A stretch of DNA of 64,000 nucleotides from Alphaproteobacteria bacterium (GCA_965228895.1 OZ245842.1:3072001-3136000); one strand, 5' to 3'; shown: positions 8,895-19,272, numbered from the stretch's first letter. The notes: a model not told the origin generated them from the letters alone. Translations and numbers: made by a program.

Positions 8895-10151
8895 ATGTCA
8901 GCGATGGCCAAGATTACACTGATGTTCGTCGTCTTCGTCGACCTGATCGGACAAGGATTGGTCTTTCCGATCATCAACACGCTGATCATGGACCCGTCTA
9001 CCGGTTTTTTACCGGAGGACACCTCCATGGGCATGCGCCACTTCGATTATGGGCTGGTCATCGGCATCTTCTTCCTGTCTTGGTTTCTGGGCGTCGTCTA
9101 CGTTGCCAAGGTCTCCGATTCGATCGGACGCAAGAACGCTTTGCTCATCTGCCTCGGCGGCGCGCTGACCGGCTACGCCGTAACGCTGGTCGCGCTCTAC
9201 GTGAGCAGTCTTTGGCTGTTGATCCTGGGGCGGGCGATTACCGGCTTCACGGCGGGCAACCAACCGATCGCCCAGGCCGCGATGATCGACGGCAGCACGG
9301 ACGATGCCGACCGCGACCGCAACATGGGTTTCATCGTCACCGGCATCAGCTTCGGTCTGGTCGGCGGCCCGATCATCGGCGGCCTGCTGTCCGATCCCGT
9401 CGTGTTGGGTAGCTGGGCAAGCCTCAAGCTGCCGTTCTACGCAGCATTCGCGATGGTGTTGCTCGCCATCGTGATGGTGATCGTCTTCTTCCGCGATATC
9501 CGCACCGAACGCCTTCCCTTCGTTTTCCGTCCGCTCGATATCTTCGACAGCTTGTGGCAGGTGACCCGGCATCCCATCGTCATGCGGATCATGCCGGTCT
9601 ATGCACTGTTCATGATCGCGAACGTCACCTTCTACATCTTCGTCGACAATTACCTGACCAGTGCGTTCGGCTATGGCGTTCTGGGCGGCAGCATCGCGAT
9701 GCTGGTGATCGGCGTCGCGCTCGCGACAAGCAGCACCTTCTTGGTCAAGCCGGTGCAGTCGCGCTTCGCGAAGCAGTACATCGTGGGCAGCGCTTCGGCG
9801 GTCATGGTGATCTGCTCGTTGGCGTTCGTGCTGATCCCCGTGGGGTGGCTGACCTATATTCCCATATTCCTCTTCTACTTCCTGTTCGGCGTTGCCTATC
9901 CGACCCTGCTCGGCATGTTCTCAGGCGCTGTGAGCAACGACGATCAGGGGTGGGTCATGGGTGTCACGACCGCCGTCTTTTGCCTCGCCGGCGGCGTTAT
10001 GTCGCTGATCGGTGGCGAATTGATGGGCTTCAACATCCGCTCGCCCTACTACATCGCCACCGCGGCGGCAGCCCTAGGTTTGCTGTTCCTGGTCACCACG
10101 TGGGGCGCGCCGGCGATACGAAAGCTGACGGCGCGGCCCACCGAACAGTGA
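8895..10151 (+). CDS. MFS transporter (TetA/DHA1-like)
   Basis: About 12 hydrophobic segments; SDSIGRK motif A; GRAITGF. Confidence 0.9.
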   Translation: MSAMAKITLMFVVFVDLIGQGLVFPIINTLIMDPSTGFLPEDTSMGMRHFDYGLVIGIFFLSWFLGVVYVAKVSDSIGRKNALLICLGGALTGYAVTLVALYVSSLWLLILGRAITGFTAGNQPIAQAAMIDGSTDDADRDRNMGFIVTGISFGLVGGPIIGGLLSDPVVLGSWASLKLPFYAAFAMVLLAIVMVIVFFRDIRTERLPFVFRPLDIFDSLWQVTRHPIVMRIMPVYALFMIANVTFYIFVDNYLTSAFGYGVLGGSIAMLVIGVALATSSTFLVKPVQSRFAKQYIVGSASAVMVICSLAFVLIPVGWLTYIPIFLFYFLFGVAYPTLLGMFSGAVSNDDQGWVMGVTTAVFCLAGGVMSLIGGELMGFNIRSPYYIATAAAALGLLFLVTTWGAPAIRKLTARPTEQ

Positions 10152-10203
10152 GAAACCGTCGGCTGAAGCTGCCGTTCTAGCGCGCTTTCCGATCAATTTG
10201 CAT

Positions 10204-10276
10204 CACCGGCCCGCTCCCCCACCCGGCCACCCATGGCAGTATCCTTGGGGCGGTCGGGTGGGGGAGAGGGTCGGTG
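10204..10276. repeat. long imperfect palindrome (REP-like element or bidirectional terminator) between convergent genes
   Basis: CACCGGCCCGCTCCCCCACCCGGCC ... GGTCGGGTGGGGGAGAGGGTCGGTG. Confidence 0.7.
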
Positions 10277-10302
10277 CCGATTCCGTTCGAACGGAAAATG
10301 CC

Positions 10303-10641
10303 CTAGCGCTCGACCTCGACGCGTCGAATGCGCCCGTCGGGGTGGAAGTAGACACGCTCAACGCCGCTGCTCGCTTGGCCGTCCATCGTGATGACGAAGT
10401 CGAAGGCGACGCCGTCTTCGCCGACGGCACGAAAGCTCTCCGGCTGCCAGTGAACATCCGGATTGGCGTCAAAGAAGGTTGTGTTCATCGCCAGGATCGC
10501 TGGGGCACCGTTGTGCTCGCCAACGCCCGATGACGAATAGGTCGCGTCATCGGCCAGCATGCCGGCGATCCGTTCGACGTCGTGATCGTTCGACGCGTCG
10601 ACATAAGCCTGGGTGCGCGCAATGAGGTCGGCAGGGCTCAC
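10303..10641 (-). CDS. NTF2/SnoaL-like protein
   Basis: YVDASNDHDVERIAGMLADDATY pattern; overlaps ltaE stop. Confidence 0.8.
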   Translation of the reverse strand: MSPADLIARTQAYVDASNDHDVERIAGMLADDATYSSSGVGEHNGAPAILAMNTTFFDANPDVHWQPESFRAVGEDGVAFDFVITMDGQASSGVERVYFHPDGRIRRVEVER

Positions 10642-11705
10642 GATGCGCCCTCGCGCGCCGCGGTGATCAGTTTGTCGACATCCTCCGCCTGCGTGTTGAA
10701 CGAACAGACGAAGCGTACCGAGCCGGTTCCGTCACCATTGTCCGACAGCGGATAGGTGCCGATGCCGGCGGCGACAATGGCGTCGAACGAAGCTTGCGGC
10801 AGACGGCAAAAGACCTCGTTGGCCTCGACAGGGCTGTCCAGTGAAACGCCCGAGATATCAGCCAAACCGGCCGCCAGGCGCGCCGCCTGGGTGTTGGCGT
10901 GCCCGGCCCAGGTCAGCCAGTTGTCGTTGCTGATATAGGCCTCCAACTGCGCGGAGAAGAACCGCATCTTGCTGTAGAGCTGACCGGCACGCTTGTGCAG
11001 CCGGGCAAGCCGGCCGGCGCGCTCCGGCGACGGGTTGAACAGCACAATGCCCTCGACCGCCATGCAGCCGTTCTTGGTCGCGCCGAACGACAAGAGCTCG
11101 ACGCCGGCGCGCCAGGTGAGATCACCAGGCGCGCAGCCAAGGGCGGCGACGGCGTTGGCGAAACGTGCGCCGTCCATGTGAAAGGTAAGCCCCTCCGCCT
11201 TGGCCAAGTCGCCGATCGCGCCGACCTGATCGACGCTATAGAGCGTGCCCGCCTCCGTCGCCTGGGTAATCGACACCGCGGATGCGAGCGGATGATGGAC
11301 GTCGTCGCGCGGATAACGGGTCGCCGCGGCGCGCAGGGTATCCGGCGAAACTCGGCCCTGATCGCCCGCCAGCAGGTGCAGCTTGGCGCCGCCGGTGTAA
11401 AACTCCGGACCGTTGGCCTCGTCGATCGTGATGTGGGCTTCTTCGTGACAGAAGATCTCGCCCCAGGGCGGCGTCACCGTAGCGAGCGCCAGACCGTTGG
11501 CGATCGAGCCGGTGCCGACCGGCATGACCCGGCACGTGGTTTCGAAAAGATCGGAGAAACGCGCGTCCAACCCTTCGGTCATCGCGTCCTCGCCATAACT
11601 CGCGACGCCACCGTTGTTGGCGGCTTCCAGGGCAGCCATGATCTCCGGCGCGATGCCGGTGACGTTGTCACTGCCGAAATGGGCCTTGGACGGGAGATTG
11701 CTCAT
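10638..11705 (-). CDS. ltaE: low-specificity L-threonine aldolase
   Basis: FGSDN, HMDGARFANA, SFGATKNG (PLP Lys). Confidence 0.9.
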   Translation of the reverse strand: MSNLPSKAHFGSDNVTGIAPEIMAALEAANNGGVASYGEDAMTEGLDARFSDLFETTCRVMPVGTGSIANGLALATVTPPWGEIFCHEEAHITIDEANGPEFYTGGAKLHLLAGDQGRVSPDTLRAAATRYPRDDVHHPLASAVSITQATEAGTLYSVDQVGAIGDLAKAEGLTFHMDGARFANAVAALGCAPGDLTWRAGVELLSFGATKNGCMAVEGIVLFNPSPERAGRLARLHKRAGQLYSKMRFFSAQLEAYISNDNWLTWAGHANTQAARLAAGLADISGVSLDSPVEANEVFCRLPQASFDAIVAAGIGTYPLSDNGDGTGSVRFVCSFNTQAEDVDKLITAAREGAS

Positions 11706-12031
11706 CAGGGATTCCGGGGCAAAAGTTCGAGGGTACCGAGCACCTCGCCGGTGCGCCGGTCTATGGTGATGATCTGCTGGCTGCCGTCGCCGAGGCGCGT
11801 CAGCAGGCTTATCGCATCCCCATCACCGGTCATGGTCATGACTTCCGCGCCCGCCGGCAGCGCGACCGCAACATCAACGTAGGTGCCGGCACCTTGGCTT
11901 GTCGTTTCGTTCTCGGCAATGCTGTCGCCGGCCTTGTCGATAACGACCATGACGATCAGGATTGTCAGGCCGACAATGCCGATCCCCAATCCAATGACGA
12001 CAGCCTTGATTGTGTTAAGACCAAGGTTCAT
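11705..12031 (-). CDS. DUF6476-like membrane-anchored protein
   Basis: N-terminal TM KAVVIGLGIGIVG, C-terminal IDRRTGEVLG; conserved position divergent from rluD. Confidence 0.65.
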   Translation of the reverse strand: MNLGLNTIKAVVIGLGIGIVGLTILIVMVVIDKAGDSIAENETTSQGAGTYVDVAVALPAGAEVMTMTGDGDAISLLTRLGDGSQQIITIDRRTGEVLGTLELLPRNP

Positions 12032-12079
12032 GCAGAACGTTCCCAACCATGACATGCCCTACCTGACGATGAACCGCCG

Positions 12080-13063
12080 ATGACCGAACGACGGACGCTT
12101 GAGCATATCGTCGCGGCCGACGAAGCGGGCGATAGGCTCGATCGCGTGCTGGCGCGCGCCCATAGCGATTTGTCACGTGCGCGCATCCAGTCGTTGATCG
12201 AGGGCGGCCGGCTGATCGCCGGCGGCGTGACGATAACGGACGCCAATTACCGGGTCAAACCGGCGGAGCGCCTGACATTGCGGATCCCGCCGGCGAGCCC
12301 CGCGCGACCCGAAGGCGAAGCGATTCCTCTCACGATAGCCTTTGAAGACGAGCATCTTCTGGTTGTGGACAAGCCCGCTGGCTTGGTCGTTCATCCGGCC
12401 GCCGGGAACCCCAAGGGCACCCTGGTCAACGCGCTGATTGCCCATTGCGGCGACAGCCTGTCGGGAATCGGCGGCGAAAAGCGCCCGGGCATCGTCCACC
12501 GGCTGGACAAGGATACCAGCGGGCTGATGGTTGTCGCCAAGACCGACCGGGCCCATATACACCTTTCTAACCAACTTTCCGCACGCACCCTATCCCGCGA
12601 ATACGCCGCCCTCGTCTGGGGCGTTCCCACGCCTCTGGAAGGCCGAATCGAGGGAAACATCGGGCGCAGCCGTAGGAACAGGAAGAAGATGGACGTGTTA
12701 CAGGAAGGCGGTAAGCCGGCCCTGACGCACTATCGCGTCGAGCGTGCCTATGGCCAGTTGGCCAGTCTGGTGACCTGCCGCCTGGCAACGGGGAGGACCC
12801 ACCAAATTCGTGTGCATATTGCCCATATCCGCCATCCCGTCCTGGGCGACCCCACCTATGGCGGACGCCACCAGAACCGCACAAACGCTGCACCTTTGGA
12901 CGTCCAGACGGTTCTGGCGGGGTTCAAACGGCAGGCGCTGCATGCCCGGCGTCTGGCCTTTCACCATCCCGCCACAAATGAGATGGTAGAGTTAGAAAGC
13001 CCGCTGCCAGCCGACATGGCAGCCCTCGAAAACGCCTTGGAGGGCGCGTTTCCGGTGACGTGA
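12080..13063 (+). CDS. rluD: RluA-family 23S rRNA pseudouridine synthase
   Basis: S4 domain, VDKPAGLVVHP, HRLDKDTSG, TGRTHQIRVH. Confidence 0.95.
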   Translation: MTERRTLEHIVAADEAGDRLDRVLARAHSDLSRARIQSLIEGGRLIAGGVTITDANYRVKPAERLTLRIPPASPARPEGEAIPLTIAFEDEHLLVVDKPAGLVVHPAAGNPKGTLVNALIAHCGDSLSGIGGEKRPGIVHRLDKDTSGLMVVAKTDRAHIHLSNQLSARTLSREYAALVWGVPTPLEGRIEGNIGRSRRNRKKMDVLQEGGKPALTHYRVERAYGQLASLVTCRLATGRTHQIRVHIAHIRHPVLGDPTYGGRHQNRTNAAPLDVQTVLAGFKRQALHARRLAFHHPATNEMVELESPLPADMAALENALEGAFPVT

Positions 13064-13179
13064 CATAAAGTTGACTCCTGTAGTCGGATATATTGAACTA
13101 AGCATGACGCCGCCGCGTAGGAATGGACGATGCCCCAGGCGTCGCGGGTGGCGGTGTCCTACAGCCCGAGGTTGAACAT

Positions 13180-14067
13180 ATGGCCCAGTTACGGCTGCCG
13201 GCGCTGACGCCGGAAAGCAGTTTGAGCAACTATCTGCGCGAGATCCGGAAGTTTCCGATGCTCGAGCAGCAGCAGGAATTCCAGCTCGCCAAGCGCTGGC
13301 GCGAAGATGGTGACGTCGACGCCGCCCACGAACTGGTGACGAGCCATCTGAGGCTGGTTGCCAAGATCGCCATGGGTTACCGCGGCTATGGCCTGCCCCT
13401 GGCCGAGCTGATCTCCGAAGGCAATGTCGGCCTGATGCAGGCCGTCAAGCGCTTCGATCCCGATAAGGGCTTCCGCCTGGCGACCTATGCCATGTGGTGG
13501 ATCCGCGCGGCGATCCAGGAATACATCCTGCACTCGTGGTCGCTGGTGAAGATGGGCACGACGGCAGCCCAGAAGAAACTGTTCTTCAATCTGCGCAAGC
13601 TGAAAGGCCAGTTGCAGGCGATCGACGACGGCGACCTGCCGCCGGAAACGGTGACGGAGATCGCGACGCGCCTGGACGTGCCGGAACAAGACGTCGTCTC
13701 CATGAACCGGCGCCTGTCGAGCCCCGACCATTCGCTGAACGCGCCGCTGCAACAGGACGGCGACGGCGAATGGCAGGACTGGCTAGTCGACGAAAGCGAC
13801 AACCAGGAAGAGACGCTCGGCGACCGCGAGGAGTTGGAGTCGCGCCGCGCGCTCTTGGCCACCGCCATGGAGGCCTTGAACGAGCGCGAGCGCTATATTC
13901 TGGTCGAGCGCCGTCTGTCGGAAGAGCCGAAGACCCTGGAAGAGCTTTCCCAGGAGTACGGCATCAGCCGCGAGCGGGTGCGCCAGATCGAGGTGCGCGC
14001 GTTCGAAAAGCTGCAAAAGGCGGTGAAGAACGCGGCAGCCGAGCGCCGGCCGGTGCCCGCCGCCTGA
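13180..14067 (+). CDS. rpoH: RNA polymerase sigma-32 factor
   Basis: RpoH box QKKLFFNLRK, SHLRLV, RERVRQIE. Confidence 0.97.
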   Translation: MAQLRLPALTPESSLSNYLREIRKFPMLEQQQEFQLAKRWREDGDVDAAHELVTSHLRLVAKIAMGYRGYGLPLAELISEGNVGLMQAVKRFDPDKGFRLATYAMWWIRAAIQEYILHSWSLVKMGTTAAQKKLFFNLRKLKGQLQAIDDGDLPPETVTEIATRLDVPEQDVVSMNRRLSSPDHSLNAPLQQDGDGEWQDWLVDESDNQEETLGDREELESRRALLATAMEALNERERYILVERRLSEEPKTLEELSQEYGISRERVRQIEVRAFEKLQKAVKNAAAERRPVPAA

Positions 14068-14091
14068 GCGCTCTGTTCGAACAAGGAAATG

Positions 14092-14126
14092 CGGTCGGCC
14101 CGCGCCAGCTTGGTGCGGGCCGATCG
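14092..14126. terminator. hairpin between convergent rpoH and cytochrome b561
   Basis: CGGTCGGCCCGCGCCA-GCT-TGGTGCGGGCCGATCG. Confidence 0.65.
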
Positions 14127-14130
14127 TCTT

Positions 14131-14676
14131 CTAGGATGTCCGACCGACCATGCGCTTGAGTGTCGCGTCTTTGTCGATGACATGGTGTTTTAGCGCCGCC
14201 AGCACATGGACGACGATGAGGATGATCAGGATATCGGCGAGCCACTCGTGGATCTCGCCCGCGATGTCGTTGACCGATTTGCTTTCAGGCAGCGCCGGCA
14301 GGCTGAAAATACCGAAGAACGACACCGGGTGACCGCCTGTCGATGACAAGATGTAGCCGGAAATCGGCATGCCGAGAATGGCCAGCAACAAGGCCAAGTG
14401 AACAGCCTTGGCGGCGAGTTCCTGCCAGCGTGGTATGGTGGCGACATCATCAGGGAAGCGCCAGACGACACGCCACAAGAAACGCCAAAGGCCGTAGACC
14501 AGCACAAAGACGCCAATCGATTTGTGCAAATTGATCCACCAGGTGAGCTCTGGACCGCGCGGCAGATCATCCATGTAAAGACCGATCGCCAACATCGCGA
14601 TGATCGCGACCGCTATCACCCAGTGATTGACGATCGATACGCTGCCAAAGCGTTTTCCGACGTCTTTCATGGCCAC
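14131..14676 (-). CDS. cytochrome b561
   Basis: HW, HKSIG, H, HE, HV.AALKHH..DKD.TL.RM. Confidence 0.92.
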   Translation of the reverse strand: MAMKDVGKRFGSVSIVNHWVIAVAIIAMLAIGLYMDDLPRGPELTWWINLHKSIGVFVLVYGLWRFLWRVVWRFPDDVATIPRWQELAAKAVHLALLLAILGMPISGYILSSTGGHPVSFFGIFSLPALPESKSVNDIAGEIHEWLADILIILIVVHVLAALKHHVIDKDATLKRMVGRTS

Positions 14677-14742
14677 GGCAAATACCCCCCGGACGCTACA
14701 ATGGTCTTTAGAAACTAAGAAAAGCGCTCGGGGCCTGACCAG

Positions 14743-15360
14743 CTAAAACGAGACGACCATGCCCAACGACACGAAGTTCGAGGCATCGTCCACGCCGTTG
14801 ATCGTGCCAAAAATTCCGGAACGGTGCTGCAAACGACCAAGCAACGCGTAGTTCGGATAGTCGGGCAAGGCCAGCGTCAGTTCCAGGTTGAGCTGATTAA
14901 GGGTCTTCTGGCGGATGCCTGTCTTCTGGAACTCGAGCTGGGACTGACGGGTTGTGATGCTGGGACCGAGACCGACCGCCATCGTCGTGACGACGAAATG
15001 ATCCCACGGGAAATCGTGCACACGGCCATTCAGGGCGATGCCGAACTCGCCATACCGCTGCGAGCCGTAGTGCTGGCCATACATCGCCTCCAGCTCAAAC
15101 CAAAGATGATTGCCGAAACCGCCAATCCGACGCCGCAGCGCCGCGGCCAGGACGCGCTCTGAATTGCCATCGACATTGAAGAGTTGGCCAACAATGTCGC
15201 TGAAGCTGTCATTGGTGCCCTCGCCGCCAAACACCGCAACGGACCACTTGGGATCTTCGGCGTGACGCCAATCCCACAGATCGGCGCCGAGGCTGCTACC
15301 AGGCGCGGACATCCCGATCATGGCCGCAAGCACCGTAACGCGCAGACATGAACACACCAT
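14743..15360 (-). CDS. outer-membrane beta-barrel protein (PagL/acyloxyacyl hydrolase-like)
   Basis: Signal peptide, amphipathic strands, RLQHRSG..G..N motif, C-terminal Phe. Confidence 0.6.
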   Translation of the reverse strand: MVCSCLRVTVLAAMIGMSAPGSSLGADLWDWRHAEDPKWSVAVFGGEGTNDSFSDIVGQLFNVDGNSERVLAAALRRRIGGFGNHLWFELEAMYGQHYGSQRYGEFGIALNGRVHDFPWDHFVVTTMAVGLGPSITTRQSQLEFQKTGIRQKTLNQLNLELTLALPDYPNYALLGRLQHRSGIFGTINGVDDASNFVSLGMVVSF

Positions 15361-15463
15361 AAGGCGACTCCGCCAATGGATGACGCAGTCAGACCTACAC
15401 CGAAACGCGAGCGAAAAACAACGTCCTACGCGCGACGATAGATGTTAAGCAGGTGGCTCCGGC

Positions 15464-15751
15464 TCAGGGAGCCTCCGGACATGTGACGTTGAGGCAAGCC
15501 TCGCTGGCCGCCCGTTCTTCCTCAGGAAGCTGGCAGCAGATACCGTCTTCGCCGTCCTCGACCTCGATCTCCTCGACGATCTTTTCTTCCTTGAACTCGA
15601 TGACGACCTGATTGGTCGTTCGATCGACCGTTGACGGCGACACGCCGAACAGGCTCTGGGTCTCATCGGCGAATTGTGCATGGGCCAGGCTGGGCACCGC
15701 AAAGGCGAAAGCCGATATCAGCAACACTTGCCGTAACTTACGGAAACTCAT
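15464..15751 (-). CDS. small secreted acidic Cys-containing hypothetical protein
   Basis: Signal peptide ending AHA; CC..C..C at C-terminus; GGAG RBS. Confidence 0.65.
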   Translation of the reverse strand: MSFRKLRQVLLISAFAFAVPSLAHAQFADETQSLFGVSPSTVDRTTNQVVIEFKEEKIVEEIEVEDGEDGICCQLPEEERAASEACLNVTCPEAP

Positions 15752-15862
15752 GGCAAAACTCCGGCGCCCGACATGTTGGTCATGTCCTCTATATGGGTAT
15801 TATAGACACTAATGGCGACCACGCCGAAACGCGATCCGTTAACGTGTGCGTGCGGTCACACC

Positions 15863-16510
15863 TCAAGCGGCAGGCCCGGCAAACAACAGCAAATTTCCGT
15901 CAGGATCGACCACAACAAAGCCGCGGGCGCCCCAGGGCTCCTGTCTCAATGTCTGATGAAACGTGACCCCGGCTTGCTGATAGTCCAGGTAGAGCCGCTT
16001 GATCTGCGCCGCCGTCTCCACGGTCACCGTCGCCGACAACAAAGTCTCGCGCTGCCTGATATCGCCCATGAAGACCGGCTCTTTCACAAGCCGCAGGTTG
16101 AGCAGCGCAGCGTCGCGCCCGACTTGGCCGTAGAACGGCGGATCGCCATGGAGAAACGCGACCGAGAAGCCGAGTTTGTCGGTGTAAAATTCACACGCCG
16201 CCGCCATGTCGGAAACATAGAGCTGCGCCTCGATTGCACTGAGTACGGGATGCGAAACTGTCTTCGTGTCACGTTCTTTCATGTCTGACATTCCTGCCTT
16301 TAGCGCCTGCCAGGACTCGAAACCGCACTTATGCGCGACAAGCTCCTGCGCGTCGGCAAGCCTGAACGGTGCCTCGAGCACCTGCTTGTCACTCATGTGT
16401 CCGAAACGCGGTAGAGCAATCCTGATCTCTGCGGCGACGGGATAATAACGCTCGCGGTGCCAGCGCAGGACTTGTTTGGCTTGTTTACGAAGGTTCTCGA
16501 GATTCGGCAT
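15863..16510 (-). CDS. VOC/glyoxalase protein with N-terminal helical extension
   Basis: FYTDKLGF, PWGARGFVVVDPDGNLL; N-terminal PNLENLRKQAK..LADAQ..VA...GFESW. Confidence 0.85.
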   Translation of the reverse strand: MPNLENLRKQAKQVLRWHRERYYPVAAEIRIALPRFGHMSDKQVLEAPFRLADAQELVAHKCGFESWQALKAGMSDMKERDTKTVSHPVLSAIEAQLYVSDMAAACEFYTDKLGFSVAFLHGDPPFYGQVGRDAALLNLRLVKEPVFMGDIRQRETLLSATVTVETAAQIKRLYLDYQQAGVTFHQTLRQEPWGARGFVVVDPDGNLLLFAGPAA

Positions 16511-16640
16511 GGGCGCGTGATGTATTGATGACACGTAGGCGGGCATAGCCCCTTCAGCCAAAAGCCGACGCGCCCTACGAGAGCGCACCGAGATTGGCCG
16601 CGACACCCATAGCTTGTCAATCGCGCCTGGCGATTTTTGG

Positions 16641-17819
16641 TCAGCCGATCGTCCAGAAATCGCGCGGCGCGCGGGTCGTCAGCAGCTCAGCGCCGTCTTT
16701 GGTGATCACGGCGTTTTCCTCGTGCACGATCATCTTGCCTGGCGCGTACTCCATGCCCGGCTCGATGGTCAACACCATGCCGGCCTCGATGACCGTTGTG
16801 TCACCCGGCATGTTGGACGGCGGCTCAGTCAACTGCATGCCGAGGCCATGGCCCATGCGCCCGACATTGTTCCCGATCGACCCGGCGTCCTCCAAGAGCT
16901 CGCCCATCACGCGCCAGACATCTTCGACGGTAGCGCCCGGGCGCGCGGCGGCGAGGCCGGCCTCGGTCGCATCCCATACCGCGGCATTGGCGCGGCGCGC
17001 GGCATCGCTGACATTGCCAACCGCGTAGTTGCGGTCGAAGTCGCAGAAATAGCCGTCGTAGAACGAGCCGGTATCGATGAACAGGATATCGCCCTCTTCC
17101 ATGACCCGGTCGTTGGGGCCGCAAACGATCTGATCGACGCCGCCGGGACCGGCGATGCCCGGCATGAAGGGCACGGAATCGGCGCCGCGCGCCAGAACAT
17201 CCATGGTCAGCCTGCGGCATGCTTCGCGTGGCGTATCGCCGACATGCACGTAGGATGGCAGCTCTTCGTAAGCATCGCTCGCGATCTGGCAAATGAAACG
17301 GATGTGCTCGATCTCTGCCGGGGTTTTGACGCCGCGGATGCGCCAGATCGCCGGCGATCCGTTCATGATCTCGAGGCCCGGCAACGCGTCGCGCAGATCG
17401 TCGAGCTGGGCGACCGGCATCCTGAGCGCCATCTCGCGCCCCAGTTCCGCGCCGACGCGACCGAATGTACGCGGCAGTTGCGCGAGCGCTTCGGCCAGCA
17501 GCGACGTGCCGTCGTCGTCGGGCTGAGGGGCCGGCCAGGAGCGCACATCGTCGAGCCAGGTCGCTATCATTTCCGCCGCACCGATTTCCGGGACCACGGC
17601 AACCGGCTTGCCTTCGGCGGGCACGACAACGAACCACGGCCGGGTCGGACTTTCCCAGAATTGGCTGGCAAAACCGGTGACGTAGCGGATGTTGGGCGGC
17701 GTCGTCAGGAGCAACGCATCGAGCTCATACTCGCGCATAATGGCTTGTGCCCGCGCCGTGCGCTGCTCGAACTCAGCGGGCGTAAACCCGCGTGGCGGTG
17801 GCGTGCGTTGTTGCCCCAT
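16641..17819 (-). CDS. M24 family (Xaa-Pro) metallopeptidase
   Basis: Creatinase_N-like domain; D-D-H-E-E ligands (IDTG..GYFCD, GHGLG, IEPG, HEE). Confidence 0.88.
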   Translation of the reverse strand: MGQQRTPPPRGFTPAEFEQRTARAQAIMREYELDALLLTTPPNIRYVTGFASQFWESPTRPWFVVVPAEGKPVAVVPEIGAAEMIATWLDDVRSWPAPQPDDDGTSLLAEALAQLPRTFGRVGAELGREMALRMPVAQLDDLRDALPGLEIMNGSPAIWRIRGVKTPAEIEHIRFICQIASDAYEELPSYVHVGDTPREACRRLTMDVLARGADSVPFMPGIAGPGGVDQIVCGPNDRVMEEGDILFIDTGSFYDGYFCDFDRNYAVGNVSDAARRANAAVWDATEAGLAAARPGATVEDVWRVMGELLEDAGSIGNNVGRMGHGLGMQLTEPPSNMPGDTTVIEAGMVLTIEPGMEYAPGKMIVHEENAVITKDGAELLTTRAPRDFWTIG

Positions 17820-17845
17820 GCTGCCCCCTACTCCCAAGTAAACCC

Positions 17846-19138
17846 TCAGTCGGCAAACGGATCGGTCACCAGGATCGTATCCTCGCGCTCCGGGCTGGTC
17901 GACAGCAGCGCCACCGGTGCCTCGATCAGTTCCTCGATGCGGCGCACATACTTGATGCAGGTCGCCGGCAGGTCGGCCCAGCTGCGCGCACCCTGGGTGC
18001 TCTCGTCCCAGCCTTCCAGGTTCTCATAGATCGGCTCGACGCCCGCCTGGATCTGCTGCGCGGCCGGCAGGTGATCCAGGATGACGCCGTTATAGCGATA
18101 CCCCACGCAGACCTTGAGCGGCATGATGCCGTCCAAGACGTCCAGCTTGGTCAACGCGATACCGTTGATGCCACCGATCTTGATTGCCTGGCGCACCATG
18201 ACCGCGTCGAACCAGCCACAGCGGCGCGGTCGCCCGGTCACGGTACCGAACTCATGCCCGCGCTCGCCCAGCTTCTTGCCGGTCTCGTTGTCCTGCTCGG
18301 TCGGGAACGGGCCCGCGCCGACGCGTGTGGTGTAGGCCTTGGTGATACCGAGAACGTACTCCACCGCGCCCGGGCCAATGCCGGAACCAACCGCCGCCTG
18401 ACCGCCAACCGTGTTCGACGATGTGACAAAGGGATAGGTACCGTGATCGACATCCAGGAAGTGCGCTTGCGCACCCTCAAACAAAATCCGACGCCCGCGC
18501 CGTCTGAGGTCGGCAAGCCGACGCCACACCGGTTCGGCGTGGGCCATCAGGCGCGGCGCGACCTCCTTCAACGACTGCAGCAACGCGTCGCGATCGACCG
18601 GCGGCATCTCCATGCCCTTGCGCAAGGCGTCATGGTGCTGCAACAGCATGTCCAGCTTGTGGGCCAGCGTTGCTTCGTCGCCGAGGTCGCAGACCCGGAT
18701 CGCGCGCCGCGCGACCTTGTCCTCGTAAGCCGGGCCGATACCGCGTCCGGTGGTGCCGATCTTGTCCTTACCGCGCAGCTTTTCGCGCGCCTGATCGAGC
18801 TCTGTGTGAAGCGGCAGGATAAGCGTCGCGTTTTCGGCGACCAGCAGGTTGTCAGGTCCAACGATAAGCCCCTGCTGTTCGACCCGCTCGATCTCTTCGA
18901 ACAGCGCCCAGGGATCGATGACGACCCCATTGCCGATAATCGAGAGTTTGTCCTGGCGCACGACGCCGGAGGGCAGCAGCGACAGCTTGAAGGTCTGGTT
19001 GTCGATCTGCAGGGTATGGCCGGCGTTATGGCCGCCCTGAAAGCGCACGACGACGTCGGCGCGTTCCGATAACCAGTCGACAATCTTTCCCTTGCCCTCG
19101 TCGCCCCATTGGACGCCGACGACCGCCACGTTCGCCAT
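17846..19138 (-). CDS. purA: adenylosuccinate synthetase
   Basis: [24 protein letters not shown]. Confidence 0.98.
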   Translation of the reverse strand: MANVAVVGVQWGDEGKGKIVDWLSERADVVVRFQGGHNAGHTLQIDNQTFKLSLLPSGVVRQDKLSIIGNGVVIDPWALFEEIERVEQQGLIVGPDNLLVAENATLILPLHTELDQAREKLRGKDKIGTTGRGIGPAYEDKVARRAIRVCDLGDEATLAHKLDMLLQHHDALRKGMEMPPVDRDALLQSLKEVAPRLMAHAEPVWRRLADLRRRGRRILFEGAQAHFLDVDHGTYPFVTSSNTVGGQAAVGSGIGPGAVEYVLGITKAYTTRVGAGPFPTEQDNETGKKLGERGHEFGTVTGRPRRCGWFDAVMVRQAIKIGGINGIALTKLDVLDGIMPLKVCVGYRYNGVILDHLPAAQQIQAGVEPIYENLEGWDESTQGARSWADLPATCIKYVRRIEELIEAPVALLSTSPEREDTILVTDPFAD

Positions 19139-19272
19139 GTCAGAAGCCTCTTAAATCGTGCGGGCGCGGGACTATACACCCTCCCGCGCGCGAAAAAAGA
19201 CCTGCCTGGGGACCAGTCTAAGAAGTCCTGCAAACCCGCAGAATACGGCGGTTCCAGCGATCGGAGACAAGC

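Noticed and set aside
16641-17819. M24 enzyme as DMSP lyase DddP or ectoine hydrolase
   Set aside because: Only generic M24 motifs are visible and there is no supporting context; cannot assign without alignment
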